A DNA stretch of 64,000 nt from Candidatus Nanopelagicales bacterium (GTDB lineage Bacteria; Actinomycetota; Actinomycetes; S36-B12; UBA5976), in NCBI GenBank assembly GCA_044341215.1, contig JBIISC010000002.1, positions 26,427 through 90,426 on the forward strand. The letters run 5' to 3'. The translations under genes were made by a program, and so were the position numbers. The notes under the pieces were generated by a model. The model was not told the DNA's origin and did not search any database. It saw only the letters and a program-made list of their open reading frames with translations. Each line of letters begins with the position of its first letter. Position 1 is the first letter of the stretch. Positions 1 to 9,782 of this stretch are shown here, in pieces.

Positions 1-300
1 GTCGGGATTGCTATTTGGTTTTTAAATTATTCAACTTGGCAAGGTGTTCACGGCGTCTACCTAGAGGATCTTTATGTGACACCGAAACATCGAGGTTCAG
101 GTATAGGTAAAGCATTGCTCAAAACTTTGGCCAAGCTTTGCGTCGAACGCGGATACGGTCGCTTTCAGTGGTGGGTTTTGGATTGGAACAAACCATCGAT
201 TGACTTCTACGAAGCTCATGGTGCGGTGGCTATGGATGAATGGACCGTCTACCGTTTAACTGGAGACGCGTTGAAGAAAATGGCAACCGACGATATTTAA
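1..300 (+). CDS. GNAT family N-acetyltransferase (C-terminal part; 5' end outside window)
   Basis: Frame 1 is open from nt 1 (VGIAIWFLNYSTWQGVHGVYLEDLYV...). Acetyl-CoA motif A HRGSGIGKALL. Stop TAA 298-300. The ORF-track start at 76 is only the first in-window start codon. Confidence 0.85.
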   Translation, partial: VGIAIWFLNYSTWQGVHGVYLEDLYVTPKHRGSGIGKALLKTLAKLCVERGYGRFQWWVLDWNKPSIDFYEAHGAVAMDEWTVYRLTGDALKKMATDDI

Positions 301-608
301 GGTTGCTTGAAGATGTCATGGTTGCCGATTCGTCGCCAAACCAGTGTCAGTTGTCCATCGATTTCATTTAAGTGAAATGTAGCTCTTCCATCTGGGCGCG
401 AAAACGACCAAGTCATTTCCCAGATTTCAGCGGTGTTTTTCAAAACTTTAACCCTATATTTCTTGGAAACACTTTTTAAAGTCTTGTGAATTAGTAGTTG
501 CTCAAACTCGATTACAAACTGTTCTTGGACATCTAGAAAAAGTAATTGATGCTCGCGCTTAAGTTTTTTGAAATCTCGATCAAATTTTGGATTAAATAAT
601 TCGCGCAT
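297..608 (-). CDS. putative type II toxin, RelE/ParE-superfamily-like (103 aa)
   Basis: The ATG overlaps the stop of the upstream antitoxin gene (TGATG, 606-610). Small basic protein. The C-terminal pattern GRATFHL...LTLVWRRIGNHDIF resembles the RelE/ParE beta core. Family assigned by eye only. Confidence 0.55.
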   Translation of the reverse strand: MRELFNPKFDRDFKKLKREHQLLFLDVQEQFVIEFEQLLIHKTLKSVSKKYRVKVLKNTAEIWEMTWSFSRPDGRATFHLNEIDGQLTLVWRRIGNHDIFKQP

Positions 609-952
609 CAGTCCATCAAGGCTTCAAGGTGCTTGCGAGCTTCTGCTCGAGAGAACGGGCCGGAAGTACGCCCCGCTTTGATTTCCTCGTCGGCCTCTCG
701 CTCCTTTGCCTGCCATTCTGGCGTCCAGAACCAAGCTTCGTCTGCAGGGATAGCTAAAAGCGGCCGAAGCTCGATCACCCCGTCTGCCCGTTCAACAACT
801 TCCACCTGAGACCCCTTTTCATCCAGGTGCAGTTTTCGGCGCAGTGCGGCTGGAAGCGTGACTACTCCTCTGCCTTGCAGAGAGATGCAACCGTGGAAAA
901 CATCCGCTTGATTGTCTGTTGGTGGTTCGAGGTCCTTTTTTGCTTTGGCCAT
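608..952 (-). CDS. AbrB/MazE/SpoVT-domain antitoxin-like DNA-binding protein (114 aa)
   Basis: SpoVT/AbrB signature GVVTLPAALRRKLHLDEKGSQVEVVERADGVIELRP, followed by the acidic tail WFWTPEWQAKEREADEEI. Start placed at ATG 952 (MAKAKKDL). The ORF-track extension to 1048 runs through the divergent sdh promoter region and is Cys/His-rich junk. Confidence 0.7.
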   Translation of the reverse strand: MAKAKKDLEPPTDNQADVFHGCISLQGRGVVTLPAALRRKLHLDEKGSQVEVVERADGVIELRPLLAIPADEAWFWTPEWQAKEREADEEIKAGRTSGPFSRAEARKHLEALMD

Positions 953-955
953 AAA

Positions 956-971
956 TGCAGTATTGCAGTAT
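956..971. repeat. tandem 8-mer TGCAGTAT x2 (third partial copy CTGCA to 980) abutting the antitoxin start
   Basis: Read directly: tgcagtat tgcagtat tcctgcaag. In minus sense this is ATACTGCA ATACTGCA TTT ATG. Confidence 0.8.
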
Positions 972-1071
972 TCCTGCAAGAAAGCAAGGGCGAAATGTGA
1001 GCATTCACACTCTGCCCTACTCTCAACCTGCGGGTAGTCTTGCCCCATATTCAGCTCAAGGAGGCTTACCC

Positions 1072-1464
1072 GTGGCGGGAAAGACCGGAACGCTCTACCG
1101 TGGCCGTGAAGGCATGTGGTCTTGGGTGGCTCATCGCATCACTGGTGTCGCTGTTTTCCTATTTTTATTTGTGCACGTTTTGGACACTGCGTTAGTTCGA
1201 GTGGATCCAAAACTTTATGACGCAGTGATTGATACCTACAAAACCCCAATTGTGAATTTACTTGAGGTTGGTTTGGTCGGAGCTGTTTTGTTCCACGCAC
1301 TTAATGGTGTGCGCATCGTGTTGGTTGATTTCTGGGCCAAGGGTCCGAAATATCACCGAGTTATGTTGTGGGCAATCATGACTCTTTGGTTTGTCATCAT
1401 GTTGCCAGGTGCTTACTTCATGATGAAGCACACCCTCGCAACTGTGTTTGGAGTTGGAGCATGA
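1072..1464 (+). CDS. sdhC: succinate dehydrogenase cytochrome b subunit
   Basis: GTG 1072 lies 7 nt after AAGGAGG (1058-1064). Three TM helices. MWSWVAHRITGVAVFLFLFVHVLD is typical of actinobacterial SdhC. First gene of sdhCDAB. Confidence 0.9.
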   Translation: MAGKTGTLYRGREGMWSWVAHRITGVAVFLFLFVHVLDTALVRVDPKLYDAVIDTYKTPIVNLLEVGLVGAVLFHALNGVRIVLVDFWAKGPKYHRVMLWAIMTLWFVIMLPGAYFMMKHTLATVFGVGA

Positions 1465-1853
1465 ATCCAACATTAGAAGCACCCCGTAGTCGTCAACAAT
1501 CTCGCACGAACTTTGAAATGGTGTCATGGCTATTCATGCGTATCTCAGGTTTAGTTCTTGTTTTCCTAGTGCTTGGTCATTTGTTCATCATGAACATATT
1601 GGATGGCGGTGTGCAGCGAATTAACTTTGCATTTGTTGCAGGCCGTTATGCAAGTCCGTTTTGGATGCTGTGGGATTTATTGCAACTATGGCTGGCAATG
1701 CTTCATGGCACAAATGGCTTGCGGACCATCATTAATGACTATGCCGAACGAGATGGAACTCGCTTTTGGTTGAAAACAGTTTTGTTTAGTGCCACGTTCT
1801 TCATTTTGGTGCTTGGCACTTTCGTAATTTTCACTTTCGATCCGAACATTTAG
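1461..1853 (+). CDS. sdhD: succinate dehydrogenase hydrophobic membrane anchor subunit
   Basis: ATG 1461 overlaps the sdhC stop (ATGA). TM protein with LGHLFIM and [14 protein letters not shown]. The ORF-track start at 1368 lies inside sdhC. Confidence 0.88.
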   Translation: MNPTLEAPRSRQQSRTNFEMVSWLFMRISGLVLVFLVLGHLFIMNILDGGVQRINFAFVAGRYASPFWMLWDLLQLWLAMLHGTNGLRTIINDYAERDGTRFWLKTVLFSATFFILVLGTFVIFTFDPNI

Positions 1854-1864
1854 GATGCGTTGAC

Positions 1865-3607
1865 GTGGTTGAAGTTCATAAGTTTGATGTAGTGATTGTT
1901 GGCGCAGGTGGAGCAGGGATGCGCGCTGCATTAGAAGCTAGTAAGAACGCACACACTGCAGTCTTGACCAAGCTTTACCCAACCCGTTCACACACAGGGG
2001 CTGCTCAAGGCGGCATGTGTGCGGCACTTGCAAACGTTGAAGAAGATAACTGGGAATGGCACACATTCGACACGGTTAAGGGTGGCGATTACTTGGTTGA
2101 TCAAGATGCTGCTGAAGTAATGTGTAAAGAAGCGATTGACGCAGTTATCGATCTTGAAAAGATGGGCTTGCCTTTCAATCGCACACCAGAAGGCCGAATC
2201 GATCAACGTCGTTTCGGTGGCCACACTCGCAATCACGGTGAAGCAGCAGTCCGTCGTTCTTGCTATGCAGCTGACCGAACCGGTCACATGATTTTGCAAA
2301 CCCTTTACCAAAACTGCATCAAGCAAGAAGTGGATTTCTACAACGAGTACTACGTGCTCGATTTATTGCTTGATGAAACTCAAGGTGAACCTCGTGCAGC
2401 TGGTGTGGTTGCAGTGGAACTTGCAACCGGAGCTATTCACATTTTCCATGCGAAAAGTATTGTGTTTGCAACCGGCGGATTTGGAAAGATTTATAAGACT
2501 ACTTCGAATGCTCACACTTTGACTGGTGACGGCATTGGTGTGGTTTATCGCAAAGGTCTTCCGCTTGAAGATATGGAGTTTTACCAATTCCATCCAACCG
2601 GTCTTGCAGGACTTGGCGTATTGCTAACCGAAGGTGCTCGCGGCGAAGGTGGCATCTTGCGCAACGAATCTGGCGAGCGATTTATGGAACGTTACGCACC
2701 AACAATTAAAGACTTAGCTCCACGAGACATGATTGCACGCGCAATGGTGCAAGAAGTTCGTGAAGGCCGCGGAGCTGGTCCGCGTAAAGACTATGTTTAC
2801 CTAGATCTAACTCACCTTCCAAAAGAGCAGATCGAAGCGAAACTTCCAGACATCACAGAGTTTTCTCGAACCTACCTTGGCGTGGATCCGGTAACCGAAC
2901 TTGTACCAGTCTTCCCTACTGCTCACTATGCAATGGGTGGAATTCCAACCGACATTGAAACCCGAGTACTACGTAACAACACCGATGTAGTGCCGGGGCT
3001 ATTTGCAGCTGGCGAATGTGCATGTGTGTCTGTTCACGGCGCTAACCGGCTTGGCACAAACTCGCTACTAGACATCAATGTGTTTGGTAAGCGCTCTGGT
3101 GTTGCCTCAGCAAACCACGCAAACGAATCCGAGTGGCCAGTGCTTCCAGAAAAGGCGTCAGCTCAAGTTGAAACTTTGATGGAAACCTTGCGTCAAAGCA
3201 ATGGCTCTGAGCGAGTTCACATTTTGCGCCGTGAATTGCAAGAAACTATGGACATGAACGCTCAGGTTTACCGCACCGACGAAACATTACGTCTAGCTCT
3301 TTCAGATGTGCGCTCAATAAGTGCCCGCTACAAGAATGTTGGCATCATGGACCGCGGTCAGCGCTATAACACTGACTTACTAGAAGCAATCGAATTTGGC
3401 TTCTTATTAGACCTTGCTGAAGTTCTTGTTGTTGGCGCTTTGGAACGTAAAGAATCTAGAGGTGGTCACGCTCGCGAAGATTATCCAAATCGTGATGATG
3501 TGAACTTCATGCAACACACCATGGCATATAAAACTGCTGATGGAATCAAACTGGATTACAAACCAGTAGTAATTACTCGTTACCAACCGATGGAGCGTAA
3601 GTACTAA
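1865..3607 (+). CDS. sdhA: succinate dehydrogenase flavoprotein subunit
   Basis: GTG start. FAD Rossmann [10 protein letters not shown]. Covalent-FAD region [14 protein letters not shown] and RLGTNSLLD motifs. 580 aa. Confidence 0.97.
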   Translation: MVEVHKFDVVIVGAGGAGMRAALEASKNAHTAVLTKLYPTRSHTGAAQGGMCAALANVEEDNWEWHTFDTVKGGDYLVDQDAAEVMCKEAIDAVIDLEKMGLPFNRTPEGRIDQRRFGGHTRNHGEAAVRRSCYAADRTGHMILQTLYQNCIKQEVDFYNEYYVLDLLLDETQGEPRAAGVVAVELATGAIHIFHAKSIVFATGGFGKIYKTTSNAHTLTGDGIGVVYRKGLPLEDMEFYQFHPTGLAGLGVLLTEGARGEGGILRNESGERFMERYAPTIKDLAPRDMIARAMVQEVREGRGAGPRKDYVYLDLTHLPKEQIEAKLPDITEFSRTYLGVDPVTELVPVFPTAHYAMGGIPTDIETRVLRNNTDVVPGLFAAGECACVSVHGANRLGTNSLLDINVFGKRSGVASANHANESEWPVLPEKASAQVETLMETLRQSNGSERVHILRRELQETMDMNAQVYRTDETLRLALSDVRSISARYKNVGIMDRGQRYNTDLLEAIEFGFLLDLAEVLVVGALERKESRGGHAREDYPNRDDVNFMQHTMAYKTADGIKLDYKPVVITRYQPMERKY

Positions 3608-4338
3608 TGGCAAAGACAATAGATCTGCTTAAGACTTCGGATGTAACACTCCGAATCCGCCGCTTTAATCCAGAAGTTGACCAAGAACCACACTGGGAAG
3701 ATTTCACAGTTCCTTGTTACCCAACGGATCGGATTCTCGATGCGCTTCACCAAGTTAAAGGTGACCAAGACGGTTCTTTAACTTTCCGCCGTTCATGCGG
3801 TCATGGAATCTGTGGTTCGGATGCAATGCGCATTAATGGTCTAAATCGTCTAGCTTGCAAAACGTTGGTAAAAGATCTCGACATCTCTAAGCCTGTGACA
3901 GTTGAAGCGATCAAGGGTTTGCCACTTGAAAAAGACCTTGTGGTCGACATGGAACCATTCTTTAAGTCCTACCGCGAAATTATGCCTTTCTTGATTACTG
4001 AAGGACACGAGCCATCTAAAGAACGTTTGCAAAGTCCTGAAGATCGGGCAAAGTTTGACGACACTACAAAATGTATTTTGTGTGCGGCATGCACCACTTC
4101 TTGCCCAGTCTTTTGGACAGATGGCAACTACTTCGGTCCAGCCGCAATTGTTACAGCACATCGTTTTATCTTTGACTCACGCGATTCAGGTGCCGCAAAG
4201 CGCCTAGAGATTTTGAATGACAAAGAGGGAGTCTGGCGTTGCCGGACTACCTTCAACTGTTCAGAAGCTTGCCCACGTGGAATTCAAGTAACTCAGGCGA
4301 TTCACGATGTGAAGCGCGCGATGTTGTTTCAGAAGTAA
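3607..4338 (+). CDS. sdhB: succinate dehydrogenase iron-sulfur subunit
   Basis: TAATG overlap with sdhA. Cys clusters CGHGICGSDAMRING, CILCAACTTSCP and CRTTFNCSEACP. Confidence 0.97.
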   Translation: MAKTIDLLKTSDVTLRIRRFNPEVDQEPHWEDFTVPCYPTDRILDALHQVKGDQDGSLTFRRSCGHGICGSDAMRINGLNRLACKTLVKDLDISKPVTVEAIKGLPLEKDLVVDMEPFFKSYREIMPFLITEGHEPSKERLQSPEDRAKFDDTTKCILCAACTTSCPVFWTDGNYFGPAAIVTAHRFIFDSRDSGAAKRLEILNDKEGVWRCRTTFNCSEACPRGIQVTQAIHDVKRAMLFQK

Positions 4339-5331
4339 TTAGCGAACAAAACCGATTGCGTCATAAACCTTGGTCAAAGTTTCATCTGCGACCGCACTAG
4401 CTTTTTGAGATCCATTTTGCAAAAGTCGAGCAAGCTCTGCTTTGTCGGATAGTAATCCATTCACTTTGTTCTGGAATGGTTCAGCAAAAGCCAGAACCGC
4501 CTGTGCAACTTCGGTCTTCAAAGTTCCATACATCTGACCTTGCATTTCTTTAACATGTTCGTCAATGGATTTGCCGCTTAGTGCTGAAAGAATTGTCAGC
4601 AGATTTGAAACACCTGGTTTGTTTTCTGGGTCGAAGCGAATTTCAGTTTCAGAGTCGGTAACCGCTGACTTGATCTTCTTCTCGATTGTCTTAAGTGGTT
4701 CAAGCAAAAATACACAACCTGCTGGAAGTGACTTACTCATCTTCGCAGTTGGTTCTTGCAAATCTTTGATTTTTGCAGTGTCTTTGACGATGTGTGGTTT
4801 TGGAATTACGAAAGTTGGTTTGTAGCGGGAATTGAAACGTCCAGCCAAATCACGAGTGAGTTCAAGATGTTGACGTTGATCTTCACCAACTGGAACTGAA
4901 TCCGCTTGGTAAATCAAAATGTCTGCCGCTTGCAAGATTGGATAGGTGAAAACCCCAACATTTGTGGTGTCACTGCCTGCTTTTTGCGACTTGTCTTTGA
5001 ACTGAGTCATGCGGCCTGCTTCACCAAAGCCAGTTAGGCAGGACAAAACCCACATGAGCTCTGCATGCTGGCTAACTTGCGATTGCACGAAGAGTGTGGA
5101 CTTGTCTGTGTCTAGGCCAAGGGCAATTAGCTGCGCGAACGAAGAAAGGGTGCGGTGATGCATCTCTTCAGGTGAGGGCGAAACTGTCAGCGCATGCATA
5201 TCTGCAATCATGTAGAAGCAGTCGTGCGAATCTTGCATTTCAAGCCAGTAACGCAAAGCTCCGAGGTAATTACCTATTTGGTAGGAGTCTGCTGTTGGCT
5301 GAATCCCAGAAAGGACGCGCGGCTTTGTCAT
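4339..5331 (-). CDS. trpS: tryptophan--tRNA ligase
   Basis: Class I aaRS. N-terminus SGIQPTADSYQIGNYLGA (HIGH-equivalent), KMSKS present, 330 aa. The stop abuts the sdhB stop (TAATTA). Confidence 0.95.
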   Translation of the reverse strand: MTKPRVLSGIQPTADSYQIGNYLGALRYWLEMQDSHDCFYMIADMHALTVSPSPEEMHHRTLSSFAQLIALGLDTDKSTLFVQSQVSQHAELMWVLSCLTGFGEAGRMTQFKDKSQKAGSDTTNVGVFTYPILQAADILIYQADSVPVGEDQRQHLELTRDLAGRFNSRYKPTFVIPKPHIVKDTAKIKDLQEPTAKMSKSLPAGCVFLLEPLKTIEKKIKSAVTDSETEIRFDPENKPGVSNLLTILSALSGKSIDEHVKEMQGQMYGTLKTEVAQAVLAFAEPFQNKVNGLLSDKAELARLLQNGSQKASAVADETLTKVYDAIGFVR

Positions 5332-5354
5332 TGGGCCATTCTCTCAAATGCCTT

Positions 5355-6644
5355 TTATTCAGACGGCTCTGCGGGCTGTATTTCCTCAACTTTTATTCGC
5401 GTTGCACGGCGATTTTCTACTTCTAAAACAATTAAGCGGTGGTCTTCAAAGTCCACACTCATGCCAACATCTGGCAATTGACCTAGTTCAGCAACCAAAT
5501 AACCAGCAACAGTCTCATATGGGCCTTCTGGAAGTTCGATTTCAGTGAGTTCTAGGAAGTCTTCAAGATTCATGCCGCCATCGACTGAAACTTCACCGCG
5601 AACAGCAGCTATTTCCATCTCGTCGTATTCGTCCTTGATGTCCCCGATTAGTTCTTCGACCAAATCTTCCAAAGTGATGATGCCGGCAGTGCCGCCGTAT
5701 TCATCTTCCACCAGTGCGAAGTGAACATTCTTGCGTCGCATATCTGAAAGAGTTGGAATCACACCTTTTGTGCCAGGGTAACGTTGCAAAGGACGGGCAA
5801 GTCCACTCATTCGAATCGAGCGTTCAGCCATCGCTGGATCGAGAATATCGCGAATATGCACAAAGCCAATTACATCATCTGGGCTTTCTCCAATTACCGG
5901 ATAGCGCGAATGCGGAAGTTCGGAAATCATCTTTGCCACTTTAAAGACTGGGGTTTCACCGTCTAGAAATTCAACTTCGGTTCGAGGTTGCATGACTTCG
6001 CGCAACTCGCGATCTTGCGCTTCAAATACTTCGTCAATAAGTTCGCGTTCTTCGTCGGTTAATTCTTCGTGGGCTGCGACGATGTCACGCAGCTCTTCAC
6101 CACTCATCATTTCGCGGCTAGCTTTTGGATCTACTCCAAAGATTCGTAGGACACCGTTTGTCGAGCGAGTTAAGAACCAAATAAAAGGTTTGGTCGCTCG
6201 GGCAATAACTTCAACGGGAATCGCAAAAAGTAAAGCGAGGTTTTCAGCTTGTTGAATGGCAAGTCGCTTTGGAACTAATTCGCCAAGAACTAGTGAGAAG
6301 TAGGCAACAACTAACGTAATCAGGATGAACGAAATTGTTGGTGCAAAATCTCTATCAATTCCTACGTCTTCGATAAATGGTGTTAAAAGTGGCACGATTT
6401 CTGCAGCACCGAGGCCTGCCGAGATGAATGATGTGAAAGTTATTCCAACCTGAACTGCAGCCAAGAATCTGGTTGGCTCTTTCATTAGTTTGGCCAAAGT
6501 CCGCCCGCGTTTACCGCGACCTGCGAGCTGTTGAACTTGTGTATCGCGTAGGGAAACTAGTGCGATTTCTGCGGCTACGAACAATGCGGAGATAAGAATG
6601 AAGAGCAGGACAAGCGCAATCCGCGCCCATAAGTCACTAGTCAT
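5355..6644 (-). CDS. CNNM/HlyC-CorC family transporter (DUF21 + CBS pair + CorC_HlyC)
   Basis: N-terminal 4-TM DUF21 region, central CBS-pair region (SRYPV...VHIRDIL), C-terminal transporter-associated domain. 429 aa. Confidence 0.88.
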   Translation of the reverse strand: MTSDLWARIALVLLFILISALFVAAEIALVSLRDTQVQQLAGRGKRGRTLAKLMKEPTRFLAAVQVGITFTSFISAGLGAAEIVPLLTPFIEDVGIDRDFAPTISFILITLVVAYFSLVLGELVPKRLAIQQAENLALLFAIPVEVIARATKPFIWFLTRSTNGVLRIFGVDPKASREMMSGEELRDIVAAHEELTDEERELIDEVFEAQDRELREVMQPRTEVEFLDGETPVFKVAKMISELPHSRYPVIGESPDDVIGFVHIRDILDPAMAERSIRMSGLARPLQRYPGTKGVIPTLSDMRRKNVHFALVEDEYGGTAGIITLEDLVEELIGDIKDEYDEMEIAAVRGEVSVDGGMNLEDFLELTEIELPEGPYETVAGYLVAELGQLPDVGMSVDFEDHRLIVLEVENRRATRIKVEEIQPAEPSE

Positions 6645-6653
6645 TGGCGCACT

Positions 6654-7484
6654 CTACTTGTGAAACAAGGCAGTTACAGGTGCGTGATCGCTCCAGCGCT
6701 CTGCATAACTAGGCGCTCTGCCCACAGTGATGGACTTGAGGTGTTTAGCCAGTTCTGGTGTGGCTAACTGGTAGTCAATGCGCCAACCAGCATCATTATC
6801 GAATGCCTGACCGCGAAAGGACCACCATGTGTAAGGGCCGGGGACATCTCCCGCGTGAACGCGACCTAAGTCAACCCAGCCATACTTGTTGAACCACTCA
6901 TCGAAGTATTTGCGCTCTGATTCAAGGAAACCGGATTTGCCAACGTTTCCTTTCCAGTTTTTGATGTCGAATTCTTTGTGGCCCACATTCAAATCGCCAA
7001 CTAAAAGTGTGTGATTCTTTTTATCTGATTCAGCAGAAACTTTTTTCATGTATTTAGTCATCGCTGCCAAAAAGGCTTCTTTCTCAGCTTGCTTTTCTGG
7101 TTTTTCATGATCACCAGTGTGAACATAAATACTTGCGATTGTCACATCGCCAAAATCAGTTGCAAAAGTTGCATCAACCCAGCGGCCTTGTTCAGCAAAT
7201 TGTTTTGGACCAAGTCCGATGTTGGTTTTCTTAAATGGAAGCTTTGAAAGAATTGCAACGCCGGCGTGACCTTTTTTCTCGGAGCTTGCGCTATGCAAAA
7301 CATTGAAGTCTTGCATTCCTGCCAATTCCAAGGTTGCAGTCAACTCTTCTGAATTGGCTCGCACCTCTTGCAAACAAATTACGTCCGCTTCTTTTGCGGC
7401 ATGCGCATCAAGTAGCCACTGTAGGCCGCCGTTTTTATGGGAAGCCCTAACGCCATTGACGTTTACAGTGACAACCGAAAGCAC
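6654..7484 (-). CDS. xthA: exodeoxyribonuclease III (AP endonuclease)
   Basis: VNVNGVRA N-terminus, CLQEV, LVGDLNV, and C-terminal WSDHAPV catalytic His motif. The GTG start overlaps the icd stop (TAGTG). Confidence 0.93.
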   Translation of the reverse strand: MLSVVTVNVNGVRASHKNGGLQWLLDAHAAKEADVICLQEVRANSEELTATLELAGMQDFNVLHSASSEKKGHAGVAILSKLPFKKTNIGLGPKQFAEQGRWVDATFATDFGDVTIASIYVHTGDHEKPEKQAEKEAFLAAMTKYMKKVSAESDKKNHTLLVGDLNVGHKEFDIKNWKGNVGKSGFLESERKYFDEWFNKYGWVDLGRVHAGDVPGPYTWWSFRGQAFDNDAGWRIDYQLATPELAKHLKSITVGRAPSYAERWSDHAPVTALFHK

Positions 7485-8701
7485 TATTTCTTCATTGCTT
7501 TCTGCAGATTTTCATCAATAGTTGCTAAGAACTCTTGGGTGGTTTGCCAAGGATGATCTTTGCTAATCAATTGCGCTAAGTCTTTTGTCATCTTGCCTGA
7601 TTCAACAGTTTCAATGCAGACCCGTTCAAGTGTGTGAGCAAACTCAGTAACTTCAGGAGTTTCATCCATCTTGCCACGGTGGGAAAGCCCTTGGGTCCAG
7701 GCAAAAATCGATGCGATTGGATTTGTTGAAGTTGGTTGACCTTTTTGGTGCTGACGGTAGTGACGAGTCACGGTTCCGTGTGCAGCTTCAGCTTCAACAG
7801 TGCGTCCATCTGGAGTCATCAAAACCGATGTCATCAAACCAAGCGAACCAAATCCTTGAGCAACTGTGTCTGACTGAACATCGCCATCGTAGTTCTTGCA
7901 TGCCCAGACATAGCCACCTTCCCACTTCATTGCTGATGCGACCATGTCGTCGATCAAGCGGTGGTCATAAGTGATGCCAGCTGCATCGAAATCTTTTTTG
8001 AATTCAGTTTCAAAGATTTCTTGGAAGATGTCTTTGAACCGTCCGTCATATGCTTTCAAGATAGTGTTCTTGGTCGACATATAAACCGGGTAGTTACGAG
8101 CTAGGCCGTAACGAAGGGATGCGCGAGCAAAGTCACGAATACTTTCATCGAGGTTATACATTCCCATCGCAACACCAGCGCCTGGGAAATCAAACACGTT
8201 GAATTCCATTGGTTCGCCACCATCTTTAGGCGTAAAAGTCATAGTCAATTTGCCAGCACCTGGAACTTTGAAATCAGTTGCTTTGTATTGATCGCCAAAA
8301 GCATGACGGCCAACCACGATTGGTTTGGTCCAAGTTGGCACTAGCCGTGGAATATTCGAAATAATGATTGGTTCGCGGAAGATAACGCCACCAAGAATGT
8401 TGCGGACTGTCCCGTTTGGCGACTTCCACATTTTCTTCAAACCAAATTCTTTAACCCGGTCTTCGTCTGGAGTGATAGTTGCACATTTAACGCCAACACC
8501 GTGTTTCAAAATTGCATTTGCAGAATCAATTGTGACCTGATCGTTAGTGGCATCACGGTTTTCAATGCCAAGGTCGTAGTACTCAAGTTTGATGTCAAGG
8601 TAAGGCAAGATCAACTGTTCTTTGATGAACTGCCAGATGATGCGGGTCATCTCGTCGCCGTCTAGTTCAACTACCGGGTTTAAAACTTTGATTTTTGACA
8701 T
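7484..8701 (-). CDS. icd: NADP-dependent isocitrate dehydrogenase (type II, eukaryote-like homodimeric)
   Basis: N-terminus [21 protein letters not shown] and 405 aa length are typical of the type II IDH subfamily. Confidence 0.95.
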   Translation of the reverse strand: MSKIKVLNPVVELDGDEMTRIIWQFIKEQLILPYLDIKLEYYDLGIENRDATNDQVTIDSANAILKHGVGVKCATITPDEDRVKEFGLKKMWKSPNGTVRNILGGVIFREPIIISNIPRLVPTWTKPIVVGRHAFGDQYKATDFKVPGAGKLTMTFTPKDGGEPMEFNVFDFPGAGVAMGMYNLDESIRDFARASLRYGLARNYPVYMSTKNTILKAYDGRFKDIFQEIFETEFKKDFDAAGITYDHRLIDDMVASAMKWEGGYVWACKNYDGDVQSDTVAQGFGSLGLMTSVLMTPDGRTVEAEAAHGTVTRHYRQHQKGQPTSTNPIASIFAWTQGLSHRGKMDETPEVTEFAHTLERVCIETVESGKMTKDLAQLISKDHPWQTTQEFLATIDENLQKAMKK

Positions 8702-8735
8702 TTAATTCTCTCTGCTATTTCTTACAAACTCTGTC

Positions 8736-9692
8736 TTACAAGCTCTGTATGTCGGCTTGTTTGCTGCGTACTGCTTCTGAGGCCTCAATGAGCGATGCTT
8801 TTTCTGAATCAGTTAGCGCAGTTTCCACAACCTTGCGAATACCAGTTTTGCCGATTTCCGCCTCAACACCTAGGTAAACACCACTGATGCCGAATTCGCC
8901 ATCCACCCATGCACAAACTGGCATCACAGCACCGCTATCTTCAATCACAGCTTTTGCCATTCGAGCAGCTGCCGCTGAAGGTGCGTAGTAGGCAGAGCCA
9001 GTCTTCAAAAGTGCAACGACTTCAGCGCCACCATTGCGGGTGCGAACTACAAGCTCTTCAATTTTGTCAGCAGACAACAGACCAGAAAGTGGCTTTCCAT
9101 CAACTGTGCAGCCCGATGGAACTGGAACCATGGTGTCACCGTGTGAACCAAGGGTTAAAGTCTTTACAGACGAAACTGCAACTTTAAGTTCTTCAGCCAC
9201 AAAGTGAGTGAAGCGAGCAGTGTCCAACATGCCAGCTTGACCAATTACTCGAGCTTTTGGAAAACCAGTTGCAAGTTGGGTCAGCGCAGTCATTTCATCA
9301 AGTGGATTTGAAACTACAATCACAACTGCATCAGGTGCGTGCTTCTTTATGTTTTCGGCAACGCTACGGACAATCTTCGCGTTGGTTTCAATCAAGTCCA
9401 TACGACTCATGCCAGGTTTGCGTGGCAAACCTGCAGTGATCACAACAACATCAGAACCAGAAATCGCTTCATAGCCTTCGCCATTCATGCCAGTGGTTTG
9501 GCCGATAACTTTGGTTTCAAATCCTTCGATTGAACGGGACTGATTCATATCGAGTGCAAGACCTTCTGGCTTACCTTCAAGAATGTCTGTTAGAACTACG
9601 GTTTCGAATACGTCATATTCGGCCAAACGCTGAGCTGTGGTTGAGCCGTAGAAACCGGCTCCGATGACTGTGACTTTTCCGTGGCGAGCCAT
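8736..9692 (-). CDS. mdh: malate dehydrogenase (LDH-like)
   Basis: KVTVIGAGFYG Rossmann fold, ITAGLPRKPGMSR, catalytic GSHGD. Start moved to ATG 9692, 3 nt after GGAGGA. The ORF-track start at 9740 adds 16 unlikely residues. Confidence 0.95.
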   Translation of the reverse strand: MARHGKVTVIGAGFYGSTTAQRLAEYDVFETVVLTDILEGKPEGLALDMNQSRSIEGFETKVIGQTTGMNGEGYEAISGSDVVVITAGLPRKPGMSRMDLIETNAKIVRSVAENIKKHAPDAVVIVVSNPLDEMTALTQLATGFPKARVIGQAGMLDTARFTHFVAEELKVAVSSVKTLTLGSHGDTMVPVPSGCTVDGKPLSGLLSADKIEELVVRTRNGGAEVVALLKTGSAYYAPSAAAARMAKAVIEDSGAVMPVCAWVDGEFGISGVYLGVEAEIGKTGIRKVVETALTDSEKASLIEASEAVRSKQADIQSL

Positions 9693-9782
9693 GGATCCTC
9701 CAAGATAAAACGTTGCGAAATGTCGCAAAAGATGGTCCAAGTCTACCCGTGCGTAACGCTCACGAAATTCAGAGGTCTGGGG

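Noticed and set aside
955-1071. N-terminal extensions offered by the ORF track for sdhC (955) and for the antitoxin gene (up to 1048), plus the 61-aa ORF 819-1004.
   Set aside because: The two extensions overlap each other across the divergent promoter region. sdhC has a textbook AAGGAGG-N7-GTG at 1072, and the antitoxin domain starts cleanly at MAKAKK (952).
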